The notes beneath the pieces were generated by a model, which had not been told where the DNA came from, made no database searches, and worked only from the letters and a program-made list of their open reading frames with translations. 64,000 nucleotides of DNA. Source: Trypanosoma brucei. Lineage: Eukaryota. Numbering within the stretch: the first letter of the stretch is position 1; the number at the start of each line of letters is the position of its first letter. A program made the position numbers and the translations under genes. The DNA lies in assembly GCA_000002445.1 (NCBI GenBank), contig CP000067.1, positions 1,024,001 through 1,088,000 of the forward strand. The letters are read 5' to 3'. Of this stretch, positions 1 to 9,814 are shown in pieces.

Positions 1-2327
1 TCATGTCGCCACCGTCGCTTCTTCTCAGGTTGGTTAGGTGCGAAGGGCGAGAGGCTACTCGTCACGGCTGCTGCCAAAATCGTTAGCGACTCCAACCCAG
101 TGAAGAAGCCGTAGAGAACAAGCATACCGGGAAGTGGAGAAACAGGAATGAGTTGGAGTAGGCGACCGACAAACGTGTACTCGTATTCATCGATATCGGC
201 GAATACAACATTTTTCGCCTCCTCCAGAACCAGTGGGCTCCATTCGCTATTGGTATGGATCTCAGAAATGCACTCACCAACTGCCAATGGATCTTTACGG
301 TGCAATATACAGCCTAGGTTGCAGAGTGTATCCATCGCGGTGGCGATGGTCTCTAGCAGTGGCTGACCGTGACAAATACTAAATATTGCAACAGGATTAG
401 ACACAAGCTGCAGGCAATGCAGTGAAAGCTCATCAATGCGTGAGTTTTCAATAGGAGGATGCATATGCTCCGGTAGGGCGGCGACAGCTTCAGCGGAAAG
501 CAAACAGAAGTAAAACCCCTGTTGAACGCGGCCAATGCGACCACGGCGTTGGGCAATGTTCCCTTTGGATACCCACTGTGTCATGAGTGGCGGGTGCAAC
601 ACGGTCGCAGGGTTCTCCTTGTTAACCTTTGGCCTCTTCACCAACACCATGTCAATAACAAAGACTACATCGGGAAGGGTAATGGACACCTCAGCAATAT
701 CCGTTGCGAGGTATATTTTCTGGCGATTGTGCCCACGGCGTTTGATGGCTTCCTGAATCACCGAGAGATCCACAGCGCTATGCCACGGGATGATGTCCAC
801 AGGTTTGCGAAGGTTCAACTCGAGCCACATATGCATTTGCTCAACCTGACCACGGCCAGGTAGGAAGACAAGGATTGCGTGCTGGGGATCGGTGCAAGTG
901 TTGAGGTATAATAGAAGTGCCTGCGCAATTGCAGTGTGCTTTTCCATCAGTGGGTATTCCACTCCGCGTTGCACAATGTTCGGTGGTTCGTCATACATTG
1001 TTCCAACAAGCGTGCACACATCCTCCATAAAGTAGTCGTGGATCAGATGCTTGGGTTCACTTTGTTTGTACGTTGCCACCTTCAGCCCAGCAAAATACGC
1101 TTCCCAGCCCTCCGTGTCAAGTGTCGCGCTCATCAAGATAAGTTTAAACTGTGCGGTACGTCGAAGGAGGCACAAGCGTAGCAATGCCACTGTCACTTCA
1201 ATGTCCGGCTGCCGCTCGTGAAACTCATCAAGGACGATGTGCGTGAAGGGCGGCCGGAGTGGAGTGTTCAGCAGATGCAGTAGAAGCGTATAACTTGTCA
1301 TGTACCAAAGCCGCGTTTGCACATCACCACACTTATCTCCCCGAATCCAATATCCAACGTCCTCGCCAACTGCTTCCCGGCGGAGTTCGGCAACTCGAGT
1401 GGCTATGGAAACTGTGGCTGTACGACGGGGCTGAGTGCTCACCACACGAGTGTCATTGGATAATTCAAGAAGCGCTTTTGGAACCGAAGTGCTCTTTCCA
1501 CTTCCTGTATCGGTGCATATGAAAACAACATCGTGCTGATCAATAAGGTTGAGAATAACAGGAATGTCAATACGCTCGCTAACAATAGTGTTGATATTCA
1601 AACTCCCTTGTTTGGCGTATCGGTCAAGGAAGGTTGAATGCGCAACTTGTTGAGCTGCCTGGAGTTCCTGAAACGTTTGGAACCTCTTTTGGTACTCGGG
1701 ATCAGTGCGCAGCGCCTCCTCGTGGAACTTCTGCGCTTCCTTCATCATCTCGAGGCGTCGCTGCAGTCGCTCTTTCTTTACCTCACGCTCCCCGCGGTGC
1801 CGCTGTGCGCGCACCGTTTCATTCCGTCTTTCTTTCTCGTTCCTCTTGGGGCCTTCTGCAGCAACTCGCGCGGCTATGGGGTTCCCAACCTTCGCATTCG
1901 GCGCAGGGGCTTCTTTCACTTGCTTTTCAGGGAAAAGGGCCGCGAGCTTCTCCACAGCATTTGTTCCTGCGTTGTCTTGGTCCTTTTGTTGTTGCGGCTG
2001 CTGGAGAGATCGGGGTTTTGGTACTTCTGGTTTCGTGGACGTCGTTTCCGCTGCGGGAGGCCGACCTGCTGATGATTTCGATGGCTTTGCATTCTTCCGT
2101 GCATTTGCCTTATTAAGATAATCAATGGCACCGCGCGACTGCTGATTTTGCTTTTGCTGCTGCGGTGCAACCTGCGACAACCAAGTTAGAAGATTGCCTC
2201 CTTCACTTGAAGTCCATTTCCCCTCGCCACTGGTTGTTGTTGTTGTTGTCGTCACTGTGGTAGTACTCATTTCCTTGATTGCATTGCCTACCCCCCCCTT
2301 TGGTCCATCCCTGGTCTTCTTGCCCAT
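1..2327 (-). CDS. DEAH-box (DExH) ATP-dependent RNA helicase; the ATG lies at about 2327 and the C-terminus runs past the window start, so the CDS is partial
   Basis: I translated the minus strand by hand; the track omits this ORF because it has no stop inside the window. An in-frame TAA lies 12 codons upstream of the ATG at about 2327. The translation carries Walker A CTDTGSGKST, motif II LDEFHERQPD, motif III MSATLD, TDIAE, and motif VI QRRGRIGR, and continues into an HA2-like C-terminal region. The N-terminal 150 aa are low-complexity (a poly-Thr run, Q-rich). Confidence 0.85.
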   Translation of the reverse strand, partial: MGKKTRDGPKGGVGNAIKEMSTTTVTTTTTTTSGEGKWTSSEGGNLLTWLSQVAPQQQKQNQQSRGAIDYLNKANARKNAKPSKSSAGRPPAAETTSTKPEVPKPRSLQQPQQQKDQDNAGTNAVEKLAALFPEKQVKEAPAPNAKVGNPIAARVAAEGPKRNEKERRNETVRAQRHRGEREVKKERLQRRLEMMKEAQKFHEEALRTDPEYQKRFQTFQELQAAQQVAHSTFLDRYAKQGSLNINTIVSERIDIPVILNLIDQHDVVFICTDTGSGKSTSVPKALLELSNDTRVVSTQPRRTATVSIATRVAELRREAVGEDVGYWIRGDKCGDVQTRLWYMTSYTLLLHLLNTPLRPPFTHIVLDEFHERQPDIEVTVALLRLCLLRRTAQFKLILMSATLDTEGWEAYFAGLKVATYKQSEPKHLIHDYFMEDVCTLVGTMYDEPPNIVQRGVEYPLMEKHTAIAQALLLYLNTCTDPQHAILVFLPGRGQVEQMHMWLELNLRKPVDIIPWHSAVDLSVIQEAIKRRGHNRQKIYLATDIAEVSITLPDVVFVIDMVLVKRPKVNKENPATVLHPPLMTQWVSKGNIAQRRGRIGRVQQGFYFCLLSAEAVAALPEHMHPPIENSRIDELSLHCLQLVSNPVAIFSICHGQPLLETIATAMDTLCNLGCILHRKDPLAVGECISEIHTNSEWSPLVLEEAKNVVFADIDEYEYTFVGRLLQLIPVSPLPGMLVLYGFFTGLESLTILAAAVTSSLSPFAPNQPEKKRRWRH

Positions 2328-3106
2328 ATTAGCTCCCCACTCAAAGGTGCTGCTTTCTTCTTATTCCAACACAAATGCCCTACAACGGTCCTTAAACACA
2401 CACTCTTCTTTTCTTCCTTCCAGAAGACCGCGGCTTCTACCCTCCCTTTTGGTGCGTGATTATTTCCCCTTTACGCTTGTCCGTTTGCACCTGCGCACAG
2501 AAGTCGGCTTTTGTCTAACGGCCGACTGGGTTATGGTTATTTAGAGGCCGTGGTCGCCACTTTCTCCCAAGAGATACAAACTAATCTCACAGATCAGTTG
2601 TAACGGTGATGCAAAGAATGCTTATATGTATACTTCTTATCTTACTTGTATGCCCTTCCTTTTCGTTTTAGTATTAACTTTTCCTCCCCGACAGTCACGT
2701 ACAAAGACGGCGACACGAGTGACAACGCAACAGATAGCGAAAGGAAAGGAGGCTCGCGCAACAAAGAAGAGTGGCTGTCGGGTGAAACGGTTTAAACGAC
2801 ACATACTTTACCATGCGTACGTTCCGTGCAAGATAGCCACCGAAACGGAGAGCGCAAAAGACACCCGTTACAGCAGACACAACGATTTGCGGGTTTCGTG
2901 GTGAGTGTCAACACAGTGAGTGCAACTTACGGCTTCCAAACGTGCTACACAGCAGGCAGAAAATGAATTTGCACACTGAATGCACGAGAGGAAGCCGTCG
3001 GCAATTATGGGGAGCGGAAGCGTGGCGACCCCGCGGAAATGGTCGCTTCTACCCGTTGTGACTTTCTCTCGACAGAGCGTCTCGCCTAAGCCCTTTTTGC
3101 ATGCCG

Positions 3107-4303
3107 TTATTTGGGCTTTTCACGTGATATTCTTTCGCGAACCCTCACAGTTCGGTTCTGCGGTGATCGAAAGACGTCTAACATGTCGTGAGTTACCCTC
3201 ACAAAGCTACCGGTCTCGCCACAGTCCACCTCGTGGGATATGTAATCCTCCAAGGCCGGAAACGGAAGTCGTACAATTTTTAACTCTGTGTTATAGCTCC
3301 TGCTGCAGAAGTGGTAGCGATAGTGTGATGTCTTCGCGCTAGCGTTCTTTAGGACCAAACCACAATGAGCGCAACGGTATCGCCCCGCTTCGGTGCGTGA
3401 GCTCGGGAAAATCGCCGAGACAAAGCTTGCCATTGTAAGCCGGACGGCGTCCACAGCATTCGTTCGTTCCCCACTTTTACCTTCTGATGGCAGCGGCACC
3501 GACAACTGCTGTTGCTGCTTTTGCTCCGCAGTATTGTATAGGAACGCCCGTAGCCCAGAACTGATAGCCCTTATCTGCCTCTCCCTTCTGCTGGAAACTG
3601 CGACTTGACCGTCATTGCTACGGCGGCTGGAATCGGCAATAGCTTCGCGCACCGTTTTGAGCTTGTGGCGCACGTACTCCTCTATGCGGCGCTGAGTATC
3701 AGGGCGGAGCAAGCCTGTCACTGTCCACGACCGTAGCAAGTCGAGAAAAAGCAGCCTGTGGTCTTCAACAGCTTCCTCGGCGTAGTGGTTATGGACTGGT
3801 TCCCACAGGGGCATATGATCCGCCACCAGCCGCGGCAGTTCCTTTTCCACCAACTCCTTCACACTCTTGGACACCTCGCTCATGTGGCGAAGGAAGGCAT
3901 CAACTAGACAGAACGCAATGTAAATATCTTGTATAAGCGCGTGGCAGTCGTACATCCTCTCCCTCTCGGCAGCGCTATCTTCGCCTTGCTTTGACTCCCG
4001 CCCGCCCTGCCGTTGTTGCGCATTGTATGTCAGGGTTTCATTCAGTTTCGCATAGCGCTGTGTGCAGGCGTGCAGATGACTCTGTGCGCATAGCCACGCA
4101 TCGGCCGCCCACGCAGCGCAGTCTCTCACACTCCACATTAGACCGTCAATTAGGTACTGTGTGTTCGGTAGCGGCAGCGGCACTGACACCTGTGGCCGTA
4201 CCCGTGCGGCGGCAGCGAATGGTATTGTCCGTAGTCGTGTGTTGATAAACTGCTGAAGCCCAACAAGCCATTCATCCTTTCCTGCCGAGGAGTTACTCGC
4301 CAT
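3107..4303 (-). CDS. Hypothetical protein with a single N-terminal C2H2 zinc finger
   Basis: The 400-aa track ORF starts on TTG, and I moved the start to the first ATG at codon 3. The translation contains YRCAHCGLVLKNASAKTSHYRYHF, which fits C-x2-C-x12-H-x3-H. The ORF is long, compositionally complex, and on the same strand as all its neighbours. Confidence 0.6.
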   Translation of the reverse strand: MASNSSAGKDEWLVGLQQFINTRLRTIPFAAAARVRPQVSVPLPLPNTQYLIDGLMWSVRDCAAWAADAWLCAQSHLHACTQRYAKLNETLTYNAQQRQGGRESKQGEDSAAERERMYDCHALIQDIYIAFCLVDAFLRHMSEVSKSVKELVEKELPRLVADHMPLWEPVHNHYAEEAVEDHRLLFLDLLRSWTVTGLLRPDTQRRIEEYVRHKLKTVREAIADSSRRSNDGQVAVSSRRERQIRAISSGLRAFLYNTAEQKQQQQLSVPLPSEGKSGERTNAVDAVRLTMASFVSAIFPSSRTEAGRYRCAHCGLVLKNASAKTSHYRYHFCSRSYNTELKIVRLPFPALEDYISHEVDCGETGSFVRVTHDMLDVFRSPQNRTVRVRERISREKPK

Positions 4304-4779
4304 TACCAACTAGTCAATAGTAAAGAAGTTGTTGAAGAGTAGAGGCATGCGTTATATTGGCGACTGGGAGGAGGTTAATGAACGAACAAGTGTGAGTTCT
4401 GTTGATAACCGTTTTGACCGACACGAAAAATAAGGGAGACAGTCTGTGTGCCTGCCTGCTCCCTCCGGTGTAGAGGGCCAAACCAAACAAACAGAACATC
4501 TAACAAAACAGTGAGAGGAGTGATAGAGGAGGAGGAGTTGAGAGAGAAGTGCCCATAGTTTAATGCGGTAACTCCGATACCGATTGTGATTGAAGCCACC
4601 GTTGGCACCAACACAATGAAACTACATTCATTTTCGGTTTCATTTAACCAAACGCACGCTTACCTTTCCCTTTTCCCCCGCTTTCGCACAAATGAGTGAC
4701 ACAACACTCATTAACTTAGCCTCCTCTCGCAAATAGAAAAAAGTATCTGTCCATTTGGCAGAGGAATATGACGGGAACA

Positions 4780-4791
4780 TGGGGGGGGGGG
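4780..4791. repeat. Homopolymeric G12 tract (poly-C on the transcribed strand), one of at least four G>=10 tracts in spacers
   Basis: Directly visible. Other tracts are at 4988-4997 (G10), 29455-29464 (G10) and 34239-34248 (G10, immediately after a (GA)n). Confidence 0.85.
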
Positions 4792-6059
4792 GAAGCAAAG
4801 AATATATGTGTTTGTCGTTAAACGGAGGAACCTGAGGGGCCGGAGAAACACACAAAAAATTAGAGGGAGAAGGGTGGTGAAAACAAAAGAAAACAACCCA
4901 CCTTCCCCCTCCCTCCTGACGCAAAGGCAAAGGAATAATGATCAACAACAATACTAATAAAAGCAGCGTCACAACGCTACTTCGTATGGGGGGGGGGTAA
5001 AGGAGCTTTCCCGCTCAGCGCCATCCCCCCTTTTTTGATAGTTTCCCGCTAAATGCGATATAATTTCAGAGCTGAATTTTCTTGTAAGTAGGCAGCGGCA
5101 AGGGAGGTAAGAGGCAAACAGTCGCAACACACAGACACGCGCACACACGAAAAAGGAAAGAGTGTATGCACATACAAAGATAAGCGGAGAGAAGGTGGTA
5201 AAAATGCGTATCTTGCCCTTGTCAGCACAAGTAAATGTAGTGCTGGTAAAATGCAAATCACCACTGTTGAGTGAAGTATTTGCATAGCAACCGAAGAAAG
5301 CTCAAGAATTGCACAAGTGACGGCCTACCACTTCGCACAAGAAAATTAATTTTTTTCTTCCCTTTTCACCTACCATTTTCTTTTTTGCCAATCGATGCGA
5401 CTTCCTTCACTGTGGCGCTCATATTTTCAAAACGAACAAACGACAACAACAGATCATCTCACGTCTCTTTCTATTTCCTCCGGCGATGCCACTGAGCTCA
5501 AAGAGCAAAACATGCTGGATATGTGGATTGCCGGTTACAAAGGAGAAAACCGCAGTAATTCCCTCCTTCTCTACCGAAAGCACGATTTCCACATGCTTTT
5601 TCCAGCTGGCATGCCAGGGGTATCAATGGTTCTATGAAAAACTAACGGAAAACAACAACAAAACAACGTTCACGAGTAATTCATACCCCATGCTCCCCTT
5701 CCACTTTTTCTTTATTTTACTGGAGAGCGATGTGGGGCGGGGGCATCAATACTTGATGTTAAAAACAATATGATGAAATACATGTTGTCCCCCCGTGAGA
5801 GACAACAGGAGGATGGGGAACCACAATAGTTAAAAATACAGCGCAAAGACTAAAAACAACAACAACAACAACAACTTCCATTCAGGCAACTGCAGTATCA
5901 ATCATGGGGATATCAGCGTGGTTCTTTTTCACGTTGTTGAGGACCAGCATCGAAATGTTCTATAGATACGTGTATAAGGTGTTCACTTTTGCCAAGGCAA
6001 ACCATCTCTCTTCCATCATTCTGCAATCCTCTGATCAGTCTACGTCGGCTTTCTCGTAC

Positions 6060-8423
6060 TTAATTCGGTTGCTGCTGCACCGGTCGAATTGCTTGCCCCT
6101 TACAGTGGGGACAATCGGCCATACGCTTCTCTAATTCCGTATTTGCCCTCATTAACAGCGCCTTCTCACGGCGGAGCCTGAGAAATGTCTTGTCGCGTTT
6201 CAGCAAAACATCTTTGATGGCCTTCGTCAACTCAGCCTTGATCTCTTCCACAACACGGTCCTCTAGTTCTTTCATCAACTCATGGTTAAAGGAAAAGCTG
6301 CAGCTTTCATCTTGCAGACTGTAGTCGTTCTTGGGGGACGGCTGTTCACGTGCTTCATTCAATTTCGTCTGCGGGAGGATATTCATCACCTTTTCTCGTG
6401 TGAGTCGTCGAACGTACTCAGCGACTTGTTCATCGTCGGCCCTTGAGTCGACGTTGTTCCCCTGCGCACCGCCACGGAAGGGACTGCCAGCGTTGTTTCG
6501 CAAGTTGAAGGGCGTATTGTTGGACGAGACATTGCGTCTAGTAGTAACAGGAACCATAGAATTGTATCCTTTGGCATGGCTAGCGGCTGGAGGAGCTGCA
6601 GCTCCCGCGGCAGCATGCGAGGTAACGTTTGATGATGCTGTTCTCCTTCGACCTGGTGTTGTTCTTGACGGCACACCGCTCATCAAAGGGACACCCTGCG
6701 CAGGATTAACGTCTGGGACAATTGGTTTCAGTGGCCGTGGTGCATTGCGGGCGCGGCTCGGCTCAAAATTGACAATGCTCAAACCTTTCACGCGAAAGGC
6801 ATATCGCAGTGTGTTGAGGGTGTGCTCGTAGTTTTGTGACGATGCCGATATGTTAGCAATCATAACAGTACGACTATTTCCAATGAAGCTGTCCCGTAGA
6901 ATCTCCGTCAACTTCGACCCACGGAAGGGAACATGCTTCTTCTTTTCGTCTAGCGCACGGATACACTCCTTGAGGGCGAGTAATGATTTATTAATTTCCG
7001 CACCTTCCTGCCGTGTCTGACGATCATTAGTGGCGGTATCGGCCGCGCGTTCGCTACCTGCTAGATCCACAAGGTTCAGCGTGCCACAGAACCTGTTGTC
7101 CTCGCGATCCCTAACCTGAATGGTGAGCACTGCGTGGGAACGGCTGGAACGTTCATTAGCAGTTGTGCTTCCAGTACTCCGCTGGTCAGCTCCACTGTTG
7201 ATCAGCAGCTGAAGCTCCTCAGCCGACGTAACGGCATGCCACGTAAGGCCGGTTATCTGCATGCGACGGTTATGATCCTCACGGACCACGACGGGCGAGC
7301 GATTGTTGAGCAAGTCAAACAGCGAGTTACAGTAAATTTCATAGAGCGAGGCATACACCTCCTGATCCTTCTCTAATGAACTGAAAATGGCGGCGGCGGC
7401 TAATATATAAAGGCCACGCTCTCCGCTGTTACCAAGCATTGTATGCGTTTTGCCACTTCCTGTTTGGCCATATGCGAAACATGAGGCACTACCACCTTGC
7501 AATGTTGTCTCTAGGAGTTCCTTACAACACGAATTGAACACATGTTCATTGTGTTTATCCTCACCGAAAGCGTCATCAAAGGTAAAGTCATTCACATCCG
7601 CATACTCCGTAAGGTCCACACGCTGCTTCCGCACCGCAACCTTCACATTAGGTGGGTCCATAGAAACACAATCACAACTGTTTTCATCCGGGGGCAACGG
7701 CCGCTTACGCACAACGACGCGTATGCGGCCGCCGCGTGTTCGCATTATCGCACATTGCTTGCCGTCCGCCTGCGGGTCTTCGGTAACAGCTGCTGGGGTG
7801 ACGGAATCCATGTTTGCTGCAATTGATGGAGAAGAAGGAGATGCAATGGGCCGTTCCGAGGCTCGTCCGGGAAAAACGCGAGAAGAGCACGGTGTTTCTT
7901 GTTTGCTTTGATACGGGCGCGTGACTGATGTGGCGCAGCGCGATCGTGGGGGACTGGGTGACACTGTGGGAAGTGCGTCTTGGCGGCGCTGCGATGACTC
8001 TCGCCCTGTTCTTGATGGCGTCGAAGCGCCTCGCGCCGACAAGGCACTGTTGAGGTGCGGAAGCCGCTGCTTGAGCAACTGAAGTTGCTTTTCGGGAAGA
8101 AGATGTTGTGGCCTCAGGGGTGTCTTGTTGATATTCGGCATGGAGTCGGACCTGCAACGGGCGTTGAGCTGTTGGATATCACGCGACAAATCCTCGAGCT
8201 GCCGGTTGAGATTCAACAAGGACGGGGCGTTGCTCCCTTCACCGCAGCGATGGCGCGAAGACAACTGAGGCGGAAAGGCGTCAGATGACGCCACCCGTCG
8301 CTCAAGAATTGGCGACGGAGCATTGGGAGGTTGTATCGCTTCATTGTCATTGTCTTGCCTCAATGAATCTAGCGTCTCGAATGAAGGGCTAGGTGGCAAT
8401 TCCTCATGCTGTTCGTCCTGCAT
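6060..8423 (-). CDS. Kinesin-13 family motor protein with a central motor domain
   Basis: The 787-aa ORF has a verified ATG start. The motor occupies roughly aa 230-600 and contains GQTGSGKTHTM (P-loop), SSRSHA (switch I) and LVDLAGSE (switch II). The class-diagnostic kinesin-13 stretch DRQTRQEGAEINKSLLALKECIRAL is also present. The N-terminal region is Ser/Pro-rich and the C-terminus is a coiled coil. Confidence 0.85.
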   Translation of the reverse strand: MQDEQHEELPPSPSFETLDSLRQDNDNEAIQPPNAPSPILERRVASSDAFPPQLSSRHRCGEGSNAPSLLNLNRQLEDLSRDIQQLNARCRSDSMPNINKTPLRPQHLLPEKQLQLLKQRLPHLNSALSARGASTPSRTGRESSQRRQDALPTVSPSPPRSRCATSVTRPYQSKQETPCSSRVFPGRASERPIASPSSPSIAANMDSVTPAAVTEDPQADGKQCAIMRTRGGRIRVVVRKRPLPPDENSCDCVSMDPPNVKVAVRKQRVDLTEYADVNDFTFDDAFGEDKHNEHVFNSCCKELLETTLQGGSASCFAYGQTGSGKTHTMLGNSGERGLYILAAAAIFSSLEKDQEVYASLYEIYCNSLFDLLNNRSPVVVREDHNRRMQITGLTWHAVTSAEELQLLINSGADQRSTGSTTANERSSRSHAVLTIQVRDREDNRFCGTLNLVDLAGSERAADTATNDRQTRQEGAEINKSLLALKECIRALDEKKKHVPFRGSKLTEILRDSFIGNSRTVMIANISASSQNYEHTLNTLRYAFRVKGLSIVNFEPSRARNAPRPLKPIVPDVNPAQGVPLMSGVPSRTTPGRRRTASSNVTSHAAAGAAAPPAASHAKGYNSMVPVTTRRNVSSNNTPFNLRNNAGSPFRGGAQGNNVDSRADDEQVAEYVRRLTREKVMNILPQTKLNEAREQPSPKNDYSLQDESCSFSFNHELMKELEDRVVEEIKAELTKAIKDVLLKRDKTFLRLRREKALLMRANTELEKRMADCPHCKGQAIRPVQQQPN

Positions 8424-9814
8424 GGGTGCTTGAAAGTTCGGAGTTCGTATGCGAAAAATTTCCGGCTCAGTAGCTCAACGCTTGGTATATATATATTTCC
8501 TAGTTTTATTTTTTTGCCTTAATCTTCTCCAAATTCCTTTCGTAACAACAAAGTATGGTGCGTTGTGTTATCTTCGACTACTATTCAGTGAGCGGCGGAG
8601 GCAACAGATACCAGCCGTAAGACACAATTAAAAAAAGAATGGGAGAGGAGGGGTTCATTTGTACCGTAGGGGAACAAAATGATGCGATAAATAAGAGACG
8701 CGTTAATGAGTCATTTGAGGTGTGTGTTTGTGTCTGTGTGCGTGTGTACATCGTAGAGCGTAAGAGTGAGGAGGAATTCGAACACGGACAGCCTATCCGA
8801 CCACCTACTGTTATATAATTCCCTTTTCTCCCTTTGCTGGCGTCCCTTTGGCACACCTAAGTAGGACATTACCCCGTTATCTCCTTTTCTCCGTTTCAAA
8901 AGTACGCAGAACTGCTTGAGACAAATGCGGTTGAGTGAATTACGAGTCGTAGAAAAAAGAGGTACTGACTCCACAATTCTGCAACACCACTGCTGGAAAA
9001 CTGAAGAGAGAAATGAATTTAACTAAAGGAGTGGGATTGGAAGCGTCCAAAACAAAGGAAACGCCGAAAGCATTTGTACATCGAGACATCACTGCAACGG
9101 TTCGACAAACGTCTTTTGATTTCCTTCCGCCACTTCACTTCCTCGTCTGCAAATAGCTAAGAGAAGGAACACTAACGGTATGAGCAGAGACAAGAGGGAA
9201 AACGGTGTTTTTTTTACTTTTTTTTAATGAATAAAAATAGAGACATTCGAAAGTTGTAGCACACGTAATCAATATTATGTATACGAAAGGTTCCACCCTT
9301 TCTTACCAATCAGAAATTGTCTTGTCGAGCGTGCGGTTGCGTGTCAATGCCTTCAGGCGAACAATAATAACAAATAACCCACGAAAAAAAAGAGTGATGA
9401 CGATAATCTTTTTATTTATTCTTGTTACTCCCGTTTACCTCCTCACATGAAATCTATACGCCAAATAGAGAAACAAATAAAATAAAATCGCAACGCCCGA
9501 TAAACAATATACAACGCTCCTTCAACTCCATCTCATCATTTCGGAATGCTTTTGCAATACACATCTATCATTGCCAACGGCACCGTAATTATTGTCAATT
9601 CATGTAGACCTGGACCACCCCAACACAAGTGCGATTGAAGGGTTTTTAAAGAAATGTGAAGGCGGTAAAATAACGAAAAAAAAATAAGTAGAGACGGATA
9701 AAAACAAAAAAAAATCGAAACGAACGCGCAGGTAATCGAACAAAGAAATGACCCCCCCAAAAAATAAACAAACCACGTCTCGTACGACCGATGATCCATA
9801 TGTGTGTCTTGCTG

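Noticed and set aside
1634-2121. Three overlapping plus-strand ORFs of 138-160 aa (1634..2116, 1638..2072, 1705..2121)
   Set aside because: They are antisense to the helicase coding region and low-complexity (R/S/A-rich). They arise from the GC-rich codon usage of the real minus-strand gene.
6331-8288. Plus-strand ORFs of 77-166 aa inside the kinesin gene (6331..6831, 7450..7911, 8055..8288 and others), plus minus-strand out-of-frame ORFs 7705..8157 and 7745..8047
   Set aside because: They are antisense to, or out of frame with, a strongly supported kinesin-13 CDS. None has a recognisable motif.
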